A stretch of 64,000 bases of DNA from Carcharhinus longimanus (lineage: Eukaryota). Shown here piece by piece: positions 24,713 to 36,719 of this stretch. A model generated the notes under the pieces. That model saw only the letters and a program-made list of their open reading frames with translations. It was not told the origin of the DNA and did no database searches. A program made the translations under genes and the position numbers. The DNA is taken from assembly GCA_030264375.1 (NCBI GenBank), contig JASCQW010000146.1:21386290-21450289 (forward strand), written 5' to 3'. The number at the start of each line of letters is the position of its first letter. Positions within the stretch are counted from its first letter, which is position 1.

Positions 24713-25642
24713 CCGTCTAGTAATGAATTGACAGTAGCATTAACTACATTACCTGGATCACCTATTTGACAAAGGAAAGTGTGGAGACAGAAGGAGTAAT
24801 GAATATTAAAAAAAAGATGCAGAAAGTTTAAGATTTGAGATGTTAAATGTCTGCCTTCTAGGAGGGCATCTTAATAACATTGGCAAGCATTTCAGTCAGT
24901 GCAGTCAAAGCAGTGACACATTCAATATGCCACGTTCTCTCTGAATCATTTGCAGTCCATAAAATAAGTGTGACATTTCTGCTCTGGTGCATTGATCACG
25001 CAAAGGCTTATATCATTCCTACTGAGAAGCTGAAATGTAATGTTTGCCCTTAGAAAATGTGATACACCATGAGCTAGTTCACATATATGGTGAACCTTCC
25101 CTGGAGAATTCCTTTAACTTTTTCTTTGTTCTTACTTCTTTCACATATGTGCTTTTGCTCCAATGAGTTTGCTCACTTTAGTCCAAAAATTTTATTTTTA
25201 ATTTACAGAGTGACAGCATAACTTAGCAAAATTCTCTTGACTCTGAAATGCCTTCAAGCCATCTCTCCTTTAATAAAAATACCATTCATTATATCACTGT
25301 GATAAAAACTCCCCTTATTTGTCATTTCTCCATATTGCTCTTCTTTAGCTATCCTTTATTATTCTAGGTCATGATTCTCCACATCAGGGGCAGCTCTGCA
25401 AATTTGACCCATCTCCTTATCTCAAGAGTTTAATCCAATTTCCAGTGAGATACACCAGTAGGGAATACATATTGATTGGTCGACCCATGTTGGACGCGGT
25501 GGGCTCGAGGAGGAGTTCTTGGAATGCTGCCGGGATAGTTTCNNNNNNNNNNNNNNNNNNNNNNNNNNNNNNNNNNNNNNNNNNNNNNNNNNNNNNNNNN
25601 NNNNNNNNNNNNNNNNNNNNNNNNNNNNNNNNNNNNNNNNNN

Positions 25643-25714
25643 TCTTATTGAATGGTGGGGCAGGCTCGAAGGGCTAGATGGCCTACTCCTGCTCCTATTT
25701 CTTATGTTCTTATG
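25643..25714 (+). mobile_element. CR1 3' terminus after an N gap
   Basis: GCAGGCTCGAAGGGCTAGATGGCCTACTCCTGCTCCTATTTCTTATGTTCTTATG. Confidence 0.75.
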
Positions 25715-25792
25715 AATATCAGTGGTGCTGTAATCAGGACTACCATTGAAGTACCGTAAGAGGCAACAATACCTTTGAAAAGCTATAAGAGC

Positions 25793-26090
25793 CATGGGCT
25801 CAGTAGTTAGCATTGCTGCCTCACAGCACCAGAGACCCAGGTTCAATTCCAGCCTCAAGTGACTGTGTGGAATTTGCATGTTCTCTCCATGTCTCTGTTT
25901 CCTATGCGTGCACAAGTTTCTTTCCATGCTCCAAAGATGTGCGGGTTAGGTTGATTGACAGTGCTAAATTTCCCCTTATTGTCAGATGGATTAACAGGAT
26001 AAATATGTGAGATTACAGAAATAGGGCCTGGTTGGGATTGTTGTTGGAACAGGCTTGATGGGCTGAATGGCTTCCTTCTGCAATGAAGAG
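25793..26090 (+). mobile_element. V-SINE type A (separate tail-only piece at 26385-26481)
   Basis: Consensus head, core and tail. Confidence 0.8.
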
Positions 26091-28410
26091 ATCCTATTAT
26101 TCCTCAACAGGGAGCAGGATCTATCAGACTTATTCATCTGGCTCTCCTATGGGATTTCCATTTTTTCTTGCCCCTTTAACATTGCTCCCACTCTTAATAC
26201 TTGGACTTCCTCCTCCTTGGTCTCTTCCAGCTGTCCCCACCAATGTTATGAGCAATGCAAATAGTGCCCCATAGGAAATTTTGACATTGAGAATGTCTTC
26301 ATGATGATGACCTCCAGATCATTCCAAACAAATTGCTTCCAAACATTTCCTATTTCCCACATCCACTCTCTAGATCACCAAGGATTGCGGGGTTGTGAGG
26401 ATAGGGCCTGGGTGGGATTGTAGTCGGCGCAGACTCAATGGATCGCGTGGCCTCCTTCTGCACTGTAAGATTCTATGATTCAGAACGTCATGTTGATGCG
26501 TAACCATATTTACACTGCAATGATAGTAATGCAGATTGATAACAAGCTAAATTTTAATGAATTGCATTGAACTGAAGGCAAGAGGCCTTGTGGTGCAGTG
26601 AAAAATGTCCCTTTCTGGGAACTAGAAACTCCAGTTTGAGTCCCACTTCAGCCACAGAAGGCACATTCACAGCATTGCCAAGCAGACTGAACACAAAGCT
26701 GCAAATCCTCCCTACACACCCATGGTGTGTGGTGAGAGTAGGGGAGTCTCCTAGTCAGCCATCTGCAGAAGGTTATTGCAAACTACTGCAATATCTTGCC
26801 AAATAAAACCATGGACCAAACACAAGTCCATGGCCATCAATGCCTTTTCAGGACATGGCTCTGAAACTGGATGGAAATCTCAACGATTAAATGTGAATGT
26901 AGTGATAATCATTAAAAGCCAAAATCTGCAGCAGCTCCTTCAATTGTTTCTTTTTCAGCTTATTTTATTTATCTACCGTAACAGGCGTTAAACAGTCAGG
27001 AAACAGATGCAAACCAATAAATCTCAGTCAGTTCCTGTATTGTCAGCCCCTCTGGAGAGTGATGATAACAATTATATCCCCATGAAACTGAAATTAAGCA
27101 GAACTCAAACTTAATGCAATCAAATATTTAAACCGATATGTCCCAATGTTTTGACATTTCAGAATATTCATGACTGTCTGTCACACTGTAATCTCAGGAG
27201 TCTTGTGTTCCCAGTGTGCAATACTGAAAGGTTTTGCACAAGAACATAAAGACGCTTCAATCTTCTTTAAAAAAAAGTACCTAAATATTTAACAGGACCA
27301 AGTTATAACTGCAAGTCAATGAAGAAAGATACAGTGACAGCCATAAGCTGTGACCATTCTTTAAGTTGAAATAAGTCACAGGATCTCTGGAGTGAATTGT
27401 TCTATTGATGAATTCCTATTTAACACATGGGGCGAAAGTGGGCTATAAATCCTGTCCAAAGCCTGGAAAATCTTGCCTGAGGTCGATGGGCCTTTGCATG
27501 GTCTGTGCCTCGCTCGCTATGGTTCCTGTGGGCGGGTGGGAGGGGAAAATTCCGCCCAATGTCTATCTGCACAATGTTCCAGATGATCTCACCCTGAAAA
27601 ACATTTATGAAAGAATTTCCTAAAACATAGCAACTACCAAAATGTTGAACCNNNNNNNNNNNNNNNNNNNNNNNNNNNNNNNNNNNNNNNNNNNNNNNNN
27701 NNNNNNNNNNNNNNNNNNNNNNNNNNNNNNNNNNNNNNNNNNNNNNNNNNNNNNNNNNNNNNNNNNNNNNNNNNNNNNNNNNNNNNNNNNNNNNNNNNNN
27801 NNNNNNNNNNNNNNNNNNNNNNNNNNNNNNNNNNNNNNNNNNNNNNNNNNNNNNNNNNNNNNNNNNNNNNNNNNNNNNNNNNNNNNNNNNNNNNNNNNNN
27901 NNNNNNNNNNNNNNNNNNNNNNNNNNNNNNNNNNNNNNNNNNNNNNNNNNNNNNNNNNNNNNNNNNNNNNNNNNNNNNNNNNNNNNNNNNNNNNNNNNNN
28001 NNNNNNNNNNNNNCCTTACTTGTGACTAATAAATAAACTTTAACTTTAAACTTCTTAACTTTGGATCCTAAATTGTGAGATTATTGTATTAAATGCACAG
28101 TAACCCCTCTGAAATTCTACGTATTGTTGATTACAATGACTTGAACAGAATTTGGATTAAAACTTTTCACAGAGGAAAAAGTTAGAACATTGTTCTGCTG
28201 CTGTGCCCCTTTATTGCAAGTTGACTTACTTCTTCAGGCTCAGTCTACCCAGTGGGTTAATTGCGGAATTGATATAGCAGTTTCTGCTATTAAGGGAATG
28301 TCGCTAAATTCTCAATCTAAATGGAGTGTATCATCCCATTGCTTTTGTTATAATTATCCAAAAATGTAAACTTTTCATTCAACCTTAACAAAAATACTTT
28401 TTATTCCCAG

Positions 28411-28603
28411 AAAAAGGATGTGCGAATGCTACGCCTTATCCAGGAAGTGAATACCACAACCCGTTCCTGTGTACTGTGGGATTTGGAGGAGAACACCGAG
28501 TACATTGTCCACGTCCAGTCAATTGGTCTGAGCGGTGTGAGCCCTGTGAGTGACGCTATCTCCTTCCGGACCCCAAAAGAAGCTGAGAAATCGGCCTCAA
28601 AAG
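28411..28603 (+). CDS. FNDC5: FNDC5 coding exon B (C-terminal half of FNIII/irisin domain), 193 bp, phase 0 to 1
   Basis: Acceptor ttttattcccAG at 28409-10, donor AAG|GTAACA at 28604. Encodes KKDVRMLRLIQEVNTTTRSCVLWDLEENTEYIVHVQSIGLSGVSPVSDAISFRTPKEAEKSASK, diagnostic of FNDC5. A weaker in-frame donor 6 nt downstream is possible. Confidence 0.95.
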
Positions 28604-28749
28604 GTAACAGTAGACCCAAGCGCTTTAATAGAATGGCTTCATGATCAAAACACGATGTGGATACTGGCTGCATCCTGTAACTGAATATTATAATTCTAAG
28701 TAAGCTGCAAAGATTTTTAATGTTGTTCTGTTTGTGTGATTATTGTTGA

Positions 28750-29030
28750 GGCCTTGTGGCATCTCTGCCTCTGAGCCAGAAGCTCCAGGTTTGAGTCCCA
28801 CCCCAGGATTTGATGCCAAGGACAACAGTTAAGTACCAACCTGCAAAATCCTTCCAATACACACCAATGGCAAGACGTAAGAGTGGTAGAGACTTCTGGT
28901 CAGCCATGCTGAATGTGAAGTAGCACCCCTCAAGCTATAAGTCTCTAGTGATAGACTAGCAACCTGTTCCAGCAAAAACCTCACTATGGGAACAGATTAA
29001 ATTCTGCCTTGCACGTCACCAGATGCGGAA
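28750..29030 (+). mobile_element. tRNA-derived SINE family 3 (other copies 5440-5640 -, 26585-26765 +, 29065-29200 +, 30248-30445 +)
   Basis: Shared GCCTCTGAGCCAGAAGCTCCAGGTTTGAGTCCCAC...GCAAATCCTTCC...GTAAGAGTGG.AGAGACT.CTGG.CAGCCAT. Confidence 0.65.
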
Positions 29031-29632
29031 AGAGAAACAACAACAAAGTGTGATTAATATGGAGGCATTGTTGTCCAAGGGGTAGCATCCCTGCCTCTGA
29101 GCTTGAAGCTCAGGACCCACTCGAGGACCTGATGACTAAGGAAGGAACAGATTGAGAATCAACTTGTAAATCTTTCTATGCCAATGACAGGCAGTAAGAA
29201 CAGATTGGAGCCCCGATCATCTGTTTTCATAGCTCTAAACTACAACACACATGCAACAGTGCAGAGAGTTGGACTCCCCAAGAAGTTCGATGCATTGTGA
29301 AACTGGCAGACGCTGTAGCTTAGGGATAATGTGTTAGTGGAATGATGCAAGACAGGATCTCGTCAGTAGAGTTTAGGATGAGCAGAAAGTTACAGAGTTT
29401 GAAGATGAAGGAATAGAGCTTTGTAATAGTCATATCTGGAGGTGACAAAGGCTTAGGTGTGGGATTCTGTATCTGATGGGTTGAGGCAGAGGCGATACAG
29501 GATGACATTACAGAAGTGAGAATCGATAGTATTAGCGGAAAACTAGGAGAGCTCTGCTTGAGATTAAGTAAGACGCTGAATTTGTAAACAGTCTTGTTTG
29601 GTCTGAGACTGGCTGATGAGGATGGGGCTTTG

Positions 29633-29731
29633 GTGTGCAAGTGTGTGCATGCATGTGTGTGCATGTGCATGTGCCATGTGTGTCTGTTTGTATGGGGGTG
29701 GGAGTAGGCAGTGAGTGAGAGAGAGAGAGAG
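29633..29731. repeat. (GT/GCAT)n and (GA)n microsatellite
   Basis: GTGTGCAAGTGTGTGCATGCATGTGTGTGCATG...GAGAGAGAGAGAGAG. Confidence 0.8.
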
Positions 29732-31145
29732 CTCCTGTGGCAATGATATACTGCTGGAGACATTCTGGTTATCATCAGATAGGTTATTGTAAAAGTAAGC
29801 AAGGACAATTCCATCAAGCTTGACTGGGAGAAAACACATCAAGGGAGGAAAGTGCCATTAACCTTCTCACTGATGCAGAGAATTCGAGGAGGATGCGTGA
29901 TAGAGAACCATGGTCACAGTCACAGACAATGCAAATTTGTGTCTTTGATTGGGACTGTAAGGTGTTGTGTCAGCACAAATATCAAATTGAAGAGACTGAA
30001 TTTACATAAGTGAGAATAAATTTGGGAGGTAGATTCATGGAGAGAATAGTAAGCTGGTGAATGGTTGAGAAATTACTGAGGGAAAAAGATTGAGGATGTG
30101 TTTTTGGAGATGTGAGTTATGATGATGACTCTTGGGTACTGACGAGGTAAGAGAAATTAGGTGTCCATACATTTAATAAAAGTAGGATAAAAGATGCAGA
30201 AGGTGAATCTTATTGAAGAGATGAACTGAGACATTGCTTGAGGGGGGAGTCTTATGGTGCAGTGGACAGCATCACTATAATGGAATCAGAAACTGTGGGT
30301 TTGAATCCCACTCCAGGACTTGACGGCCAAGGAGGATGTGTTCATAATACGGTCAAACAGATTGAGTATCAACTTATAAATCCTTCCAAACAGACACCAA
30401 TCAGCAGGCAGTAAGAGTGGGAGAGACTCCTGGCCAGCCATGTGAGGGAAAGAACTTTGGCATCACCGCTACTATTACTTTCCAGGCTATAACATGCATG
30501 TAAAAGTGTATGTTTGCTACAGCAACTTGACTTCTTGTGGGGGTTGGCTCAGTTGGCTAGCTGACTGGTATGGATCAGATTGGTGTCAACAGCATGGTGT
30601 TCAATCCCCATTCCAGTTGGGCTGGATTCAGTACTGGCCTCCTTACGCTACCTGTGGTGGAGAACATGTCAGGAGGTCCACAAGAAGGCAGCTTGAGGGA
30701 AAATGGAACAGGAGGTAGGAAGATGGAAACAGTTAAGAAGGAATGGCGCATTAAAATGTGTTCCATAGGTTAGTTATCTACCATGCATATATTTAATTCC
30801 ATATAAAATCAGTAGTGCAGATGGAAATTTTGACGAATATTTTATTCACATTTTTAAATAGCAAGTTAACTAATAAAACTACTGACTGCATGCATGTAGT
30901 TCAATATAATATCCAAAAATTAGACTTGCATGGATCCAATGTTCCTAGACAAATTGACTCACAATTAAATCCAAATTAGATTTGTGAATAAGCTGTGAAA
31001 ATTGACCATATATTAAACAAACCGAATATAACTTTATACTGCACAGTATATCCTTGATATGTACCCAAGTAACTACTGTTATGTAACATTTTTCTAGTTA
31101 AACATTAAATAATGAACTTCATTCATCATTGGCTAAGCCTGCCCA

Positions 31146-31433
31146 GGAGGCCATTCAGCCCATCGAGTCTGCACCAACCACAATCCTACCCAGGCCCTAC
31201 TCCTGTAACCTCTCATATTTGCCCTGCTAATCCCCCTGACACTAGGGTCATTTTAGCATGCCAATCAACCTAACCCACACATCTTTGGACTGTGGGAGGA
31301 AACTGGAACACCTGGAGGAAACCCACACAAACACTGGAAGAACGTGCAAACACAGACAGTGATCCGAGCTGGGAATCGAACATGGGTCCCTGGCGCTGTG
31401 TAGCAGCAGTGCTAACCACTGCGCCACCATGTC
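31146..31433 (-). mobile_element. V-SINE type A
   Basis: Consensus head, core and partial tail. Confidence 0.85.
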
Positions 31434-32062
31434 GTCCAGTGATGTCTTGCTTTTGTGGCTGTGTTCCATTGACACTATGCTGCAATGTCCCTGTGGATGG
31501 AATCATAAAATGGTTATAGCACAGAAGGGGGCCATTCAACTTGTTGCATTCAAGTTGGCTCTCTGTGAGAGAAATTCACCTAGTCCCATTTCCCTGCCTT
31601 TCCCAGCAACACAGCAAATCTTCTCTCTTCAGATAATTGTCTAATTTCTTTCTGAAAGCTGCAATTGAATCTGCCTCCACCACATTATCAGGCAGTGCAC
31701 TCCAGAACCTATTGCATAACGGTTATTCCTCATGATAGAGCAAATGGTCTCCTTCTGCACCATAATAATTTTGTGACCACTTCTATTTTGGCAATCACCT
31801 TTAAATTGGCATCCTCCATTTCTACTATAGGGACAGTTTCTTCCGACCCACTCTGTCCAAACCTCTCCTGGTCGTGAACACCTCTATCGTGCTACAATGA
31901 TGTACAGAACAATAGCATTTTCTTAATTTATATATGGGCTTTGAGTTTTGCTGAACAGGTCTNNNNNNNNNNNNNNNNNNNNNNNNNNNNNNNNNNNNNN
32001 NNNNNNNNNNNNNNNNNNNNNNNNNNNNNNNNNNNNNNNNNNNNNNNNNNNNNNNNNNNNNN

Positions 32063-32345
32063 TTTCTTAATTTATATATGGGATTTGAGTTTTGCTGAAC
32101 AGGTCTGCATTTGTTGCCCATCCCTAATTGCCCTTGAGAAGGTGATTGGTGAGCTGCTTTCTTCAATTGCTGCCGTCCAAATGCTGTAGGAACACCCAAG
32201 TTAGGGAGGGATTTTGACCCAGCGACAGCGAAGGAATGGCAATGTAGTTCCATGTCATGATGGTGAATTTGCAGGTGGTGGTATTCCCAGGTATCTGCTG
32301 CTCTTGTTCTTGCGGAGGTCACGGGTTTGGAAGTCACTGTCAAAG
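32063..32345 (-). mobile_element. 3' end of the same LINE family as 42495
   Basis: GCATTTGTTGCCCATCCCTAATTGCCCTTGAGAAGGTG...GCAGGTGGTGGTATTCCCAGGTATCTGCTG. Confidence 0.7.
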
Positions 32346-32717
32346 GATGATCAAATATGTAGCATATAATTTCCAATCAAACAGTGCTATTATTGATAGG
32401 TTATTACTTGTCAAAAAAGGTGCACTGATGTTTCACTGATGTTAAGCTGAGATCCTCATTTTACTATAACTGTTTTTAACTTTTTAATCCATGTTGTGTA
32501 CTTTTTCTTATGCTTGCCAATAAAGCTTCATACACGATCCATTTCATATCTAACTGGGTTGCATAATACAATTCTATATATGTGCCCATGAAAAATCTTG
32601 TAAAATAAATAACTGTTACCAAGAGGTGAGTGCAATAATAATATAACCATTCCTTACATAAAGACTAAAAGGAAAATGGTTACGTTGTTTAGATCTGCTA
32701 TAAATCCATTTCAAAAG

Positions 32718-33135
32718 AATGACTTGCATTTATACATTGCGATGGATGGCCACAGGATATCTCAAAGCATTTTAACAGCCGTGAAGGGCAGTCGCTCTTA
32801 TAATGTGGGAAATATGGGAGCAAATTTATGCAGAGCCAACTCCTCCAAACCTGGCCAATATCCTAATGGCCAGATAATTTATTTCAGGAATATTTTTTTT
32901 TGCCAGGCCACTGTTAATAACTCCCCTGCTCTTGTTCAGAATAGGATTGTGGAATCTTTTATCCCACATGAGAGGGCTGCTGTGGTTTCAGTTTAATGCC
33001 TCATCCAAAACTGTGAACCCAACAGTGCTGCACTACCTCAGTACTGCACTGAAGGATCTGACATGATTTTTGTTCACAATCCTTCATATACTATAACTTT
33101 GTGACTCAGTGCTATAAACCAAGTCATGACTGACA
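32718..33135 (-). mobile_element. DeuSINE-like element (related pieces at 490-682, 48815-48960, 49520-49720, 58820-58985)
   Basis: Reverse complement resembles the recalled Deu-domain (AGTACTGAGGGAGTGCTGCACTG...GATGAGAC.TTAAAC...AAAGATCCC...GAGCAGGGGAGTT), with tail TATAAATGCAAGTC. Confidence 0.6.
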
Positions 33136-33171
33136 TACTGGAAAAAGGAGGGGTGGGGGAGGGTTGGAGAT

Positions 33172-33480
33172 AAACATAATTAGTAATCCAGGGATTCAAC
33201 TAATAATCTGGGGATGTGGGTTCAAATCCCACCAAAGCTGCTGGTGGAACTTAGTAAATCTGGAATATAAAGCTAGTCTCAGTAACAGTGACCATGAAAC
33301 GATTGGCATAAAAAAACCCATCTGATTCACTAATGCCCTTTCAGGAAGGATATATGCCTGCCTTACCTCATAATGTGGTTGATTCTGAACTGCCTTTCTG
33401 AAATGGCCCAGTGAGTCACTCAGTTCAAGGGCAATTAGGGATGGGCAACAAATGACGCCCACATACCATAAAAGAATAAA
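33172..33480 (+). mobile_element. SINE family 2 (partial copies also at 10885-11041, 11630-11852 and 42040-42310 on -)
   Basis: GGGTTCAAATCCCACC...GACCATGAAAC...GGGCAATTAGGGATGGGCAACAAATG. Confidence 0.75.
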
Positions 33481-34517
33481 CCTTGTGAGCATTATATATT
33501 GGTTCAGATTGATCAAATAAATACAGACATCAAACAAAGTACAGACTGCAGATGGTGGGCTATAGCTGAATGAATACTGTTATTAACCTGATGGTTGCAT
33601 TGTAAACTTAAAATGAACAGAATAAGTTACCTTCAGGGTTTTTTTTGATGAAGGGTAGAATACGTCATTACTTCTGATTCATCTCACGCAATCACTTAGT
33701 TTCCTTAAATACATTTAAATGATCACAATTGAATATGTTAAATGTGCAATCAGCAGTAAAAGTATGGCTCACCTCTGCCTAGCAGCCTGCACTATTGTTC
33801 CTCTAATATCTCTGGTAATACTTTCCAAAATGCATGTCTTTCAGATTTCATTGAAGGGCAAGGCCTCGATACAATGAGTTCTTAATTTGAATTAGATATT
33901 GATTAATAATGAAGTAATAAATGCTGCTGACGCAGAGGCGATCTAAAATCTGACTTCGCTCCAAACCAGAATGGTGTTTACTGCTCCTCATTAAACTCAC
34001 AAGCCTTGAAATTTTGCTGTGGCACATTACAGTAGAAATACTTGACATCTTCATGAAATTTTGACTTGGTATCTTGTCCACAGAATTCCAATCAAACGCT
34101 ACCAAAATAACAACTGGCAAACTTTCAGACAAATGTATTAATTATTCATATCCAGATGGCCTGCAGCAGTACTTTAAGACATTTAAATAGAAGAACAAAG
34201 TTAATCCACTATTCTCACCTCAGTCATTCCACATGCATTTTGCCAGCGCAGGCAATGTGTGAGAGGCACCAGTTGAATTCCCACACACGACCTGTAATCT
34301 TGATGCATGTGGACTGATTGACAATCAATATAAAGCGTTATTATCTAAAGTGAATCCAAATCCCTGTTCGCTGTTAAAGAATGGTCCCAGTGCACGGATT
34401 GCATTACTGATTTCACATGAACAGAATTCTACAAATTAATAGCTATTCTGATGGAAGACTGAGTCATATTGCACCAAACCATACTGACCAGGTTCAATCT
34501 GTGTGCTGCCTTCCAGG

Positions 34518-35995
34518 AGCATAGGAACAGAAGTGGACCAGTTAGTCCCTTGCGCCCATTCTGCCATTCAATGTCATGATCTCTGACCTAACTCCATATG
34601 CCCTACCCTTGCCCCATGGCCTTTAGTTAACAAAAATCTATCAATTTATTATTAAATTTAGCAACTGATCGAGCTATTTGTCTTTGCGAAAGTAAGTTCC
34701 AAACTTCCACCTCCCTTTTGTGTGTACAAATGTTTTCTAATTTCATTCCTGAAGACTGGTCCTCATTTTTAGACTCTGACCCTAACCAGATCCCAACCAG
34801 TAGAAATAGTTGCTCTATCTGCCCTACCTGTTCCCCTTAATTGTTTGAAAACCTCAATTAAATCCCCCATTGACCTTCTACATTTCAGGGAATACAACCT
34901 AACTTTGTGCAATCTCACCTTCGAATTTAACCTAGTTCAGATACCATTCTGGTAAATCTATTCTGTATTCCCTTCAAGACCAGTATATCTTTCCTAAGGT
35001 GCAGTTGCAGGAATTACTCACAGTACTCTAGGTGTGGGCTGATCACAGTTTTGTATAACTGTGACATGACTTCTATCCCTTGGTCTTTTAGTCCTCTAGT
35101 TATAAAGGTCATAAGTTCATAAGATATAGGAGCAGAATTAGGCCATTTGGCCCATCGAGTCCGTTCTGCCATTTGATNNNNNNNNNNNNNNNNNNNNNNN
35201 NNNNNNNNNNNNNNNNNNNNNNNNNNNNNNNNNNNNNNNNNNNNNNNNNNNNNNNNNNNNNNNNNNNNNNNNNNNNNNNNNNNNNNNNNNNNNNNNNNNN
35301 NNNNNNNNNNNNNNNNNNNNNNNNNNNNNNNNNNNNNNNNNNNNNNNNNNNNNNNNNNNNNNNNNNNNNNNNNNNNNNNNNNNNNNNNNNNNNNNNNNNN
35401 NNNNNNNNNNNNNNNNNNNNNNNNNNNNNNNNNNNNNNNNNNNNNNNNNNNNNNNNNNNNNNNNNNNNNNNNNNNNNNNNNNNNNNNNNNNNNNNNNNNN
35501 NNNNACTCTTCAGTACGACAAATCCCTCATCTCTGGAATCAATCTAGTGAACCAACTCTGAACTGCCTCCAATGCCATTACATCTTTCCTCAAGTATGGG
35601 GACCAAAACTGTGCACAATACTCCAGCTGCAGCCTCACCAATGCCTTGTATAGTTGCAGCAATACTTCCTTACCTTTATATTCTATTCCTTTAGTTATAA
35701 ATGCCAATATTCTATTCACTTTCTTTATTGTCTGCTGTACCTGAATGCTAGTTTTCTGTGACTCATGAACAAGGACACCCAGATCCCTCTGCACCAGAGC
35801 ACCCCAAAGTCACTCCCCATTTAAATAATAAGTCACCTTCACATTTTTCCAAATAAAATGCATGACCTCGCACTTATCTACATTAAACTCCATCTGTCAC
35901 ATTTTAGCCCACTCTCTTAACCTAAGATCAGCATTCCATTAGGCCTTTTGATTACTTTCTGTACCTATTCTTGAGATTTTAATGGTCCGTGTAGC
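34518..35995 (-). mobile_element. Old CR1 fragment (34518-35110 and ~35929-35995) split by a younger CR1 (35111-~35928)
   Basis: ORF QRDLGVLVHES...LYKALVRLQLEYCAQFWSPYL. The older copy breaks at TATAAAGGTC and resumes at CAGCATTCCATTAGG. Confidence 0.85.
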
Positions 35996-36401
35996 TGGGT
36001 ACCAAATCTACACATTTTGACTCCTGACATAGATATGCCAGCAAGAAAGTGGCTATAATTAACCTCAGTTTCCCCAGGCTAGAGGGAGAAAACAACTGGC
36101 TTAAATATTCATTCCTAATTACCCTCCAATCACTGCTGCTGGAAGTCAACACAAGCATTTAAGTGGTAAGAACAGGATTGGGCTCAACAGTAATGTTCAC
36201 CATAGTTGCTGCCTCATTCACTGCCAGACCTCATATAGGAAGAATGGCCACCTTCACACTCAATTTCTTTTGCTGCACTATTGGCAACCATATTTTCAAC
36301 TGATTAGACCCCATGTTCTGGAATTCCATTTCTAATCCTCTGTGCCTCTCTTTCAAATCATTGCCCAAATCTAATTCTTTGAATATGTTTTTGCCCACCA
36401 G

Positions 36402-36709
36402 TCATAGAATCATCGATTCTCTACAATGCAAAAGGAGGCCATTTTGCCCATCAAGTCTGCATCGATTCTCCAACAGAGCATCCCACTCTGGCCCTATATC
36501 TGTAACCCCATGTACTTATCCTGTTAATCTCCTAACCTTCACATCTTAAGACACTAAGGGACAATTCAACATGGCCAATCTACTAAACCTGCACATCTTT
36601 GGACTGTGGGGGGAAACCGGAGCACCCAGAGTAAACCCATGCAGATATGGGGAGGACGTGCAACCTCTGCACAGACAGTGACCCAAGGCTGGAATTGAAC
36701 CTGGGTCCT
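36402..36709 (-). mobile_element. V-SINE type A, 5' end missing
   Basis: Tail and V-domain intact; ends just past the B-box. Confidence 0.8.
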
Positions 36710-36719
36710 GCATTTCTGA

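Noticed and set aside
25445-25542. Short CpG-rich stretch before an N gap
   Set aside because: Too short, with no recognisable translation in the frames I read. Probably the edge of a repeat hidden in the gap.
31916-32107. Apparent ~45-bp direct repeat around a 100-N gap
   Set aside because: Near-identical flanks of a fixed-size gap, most likely a scaffolding artefact.
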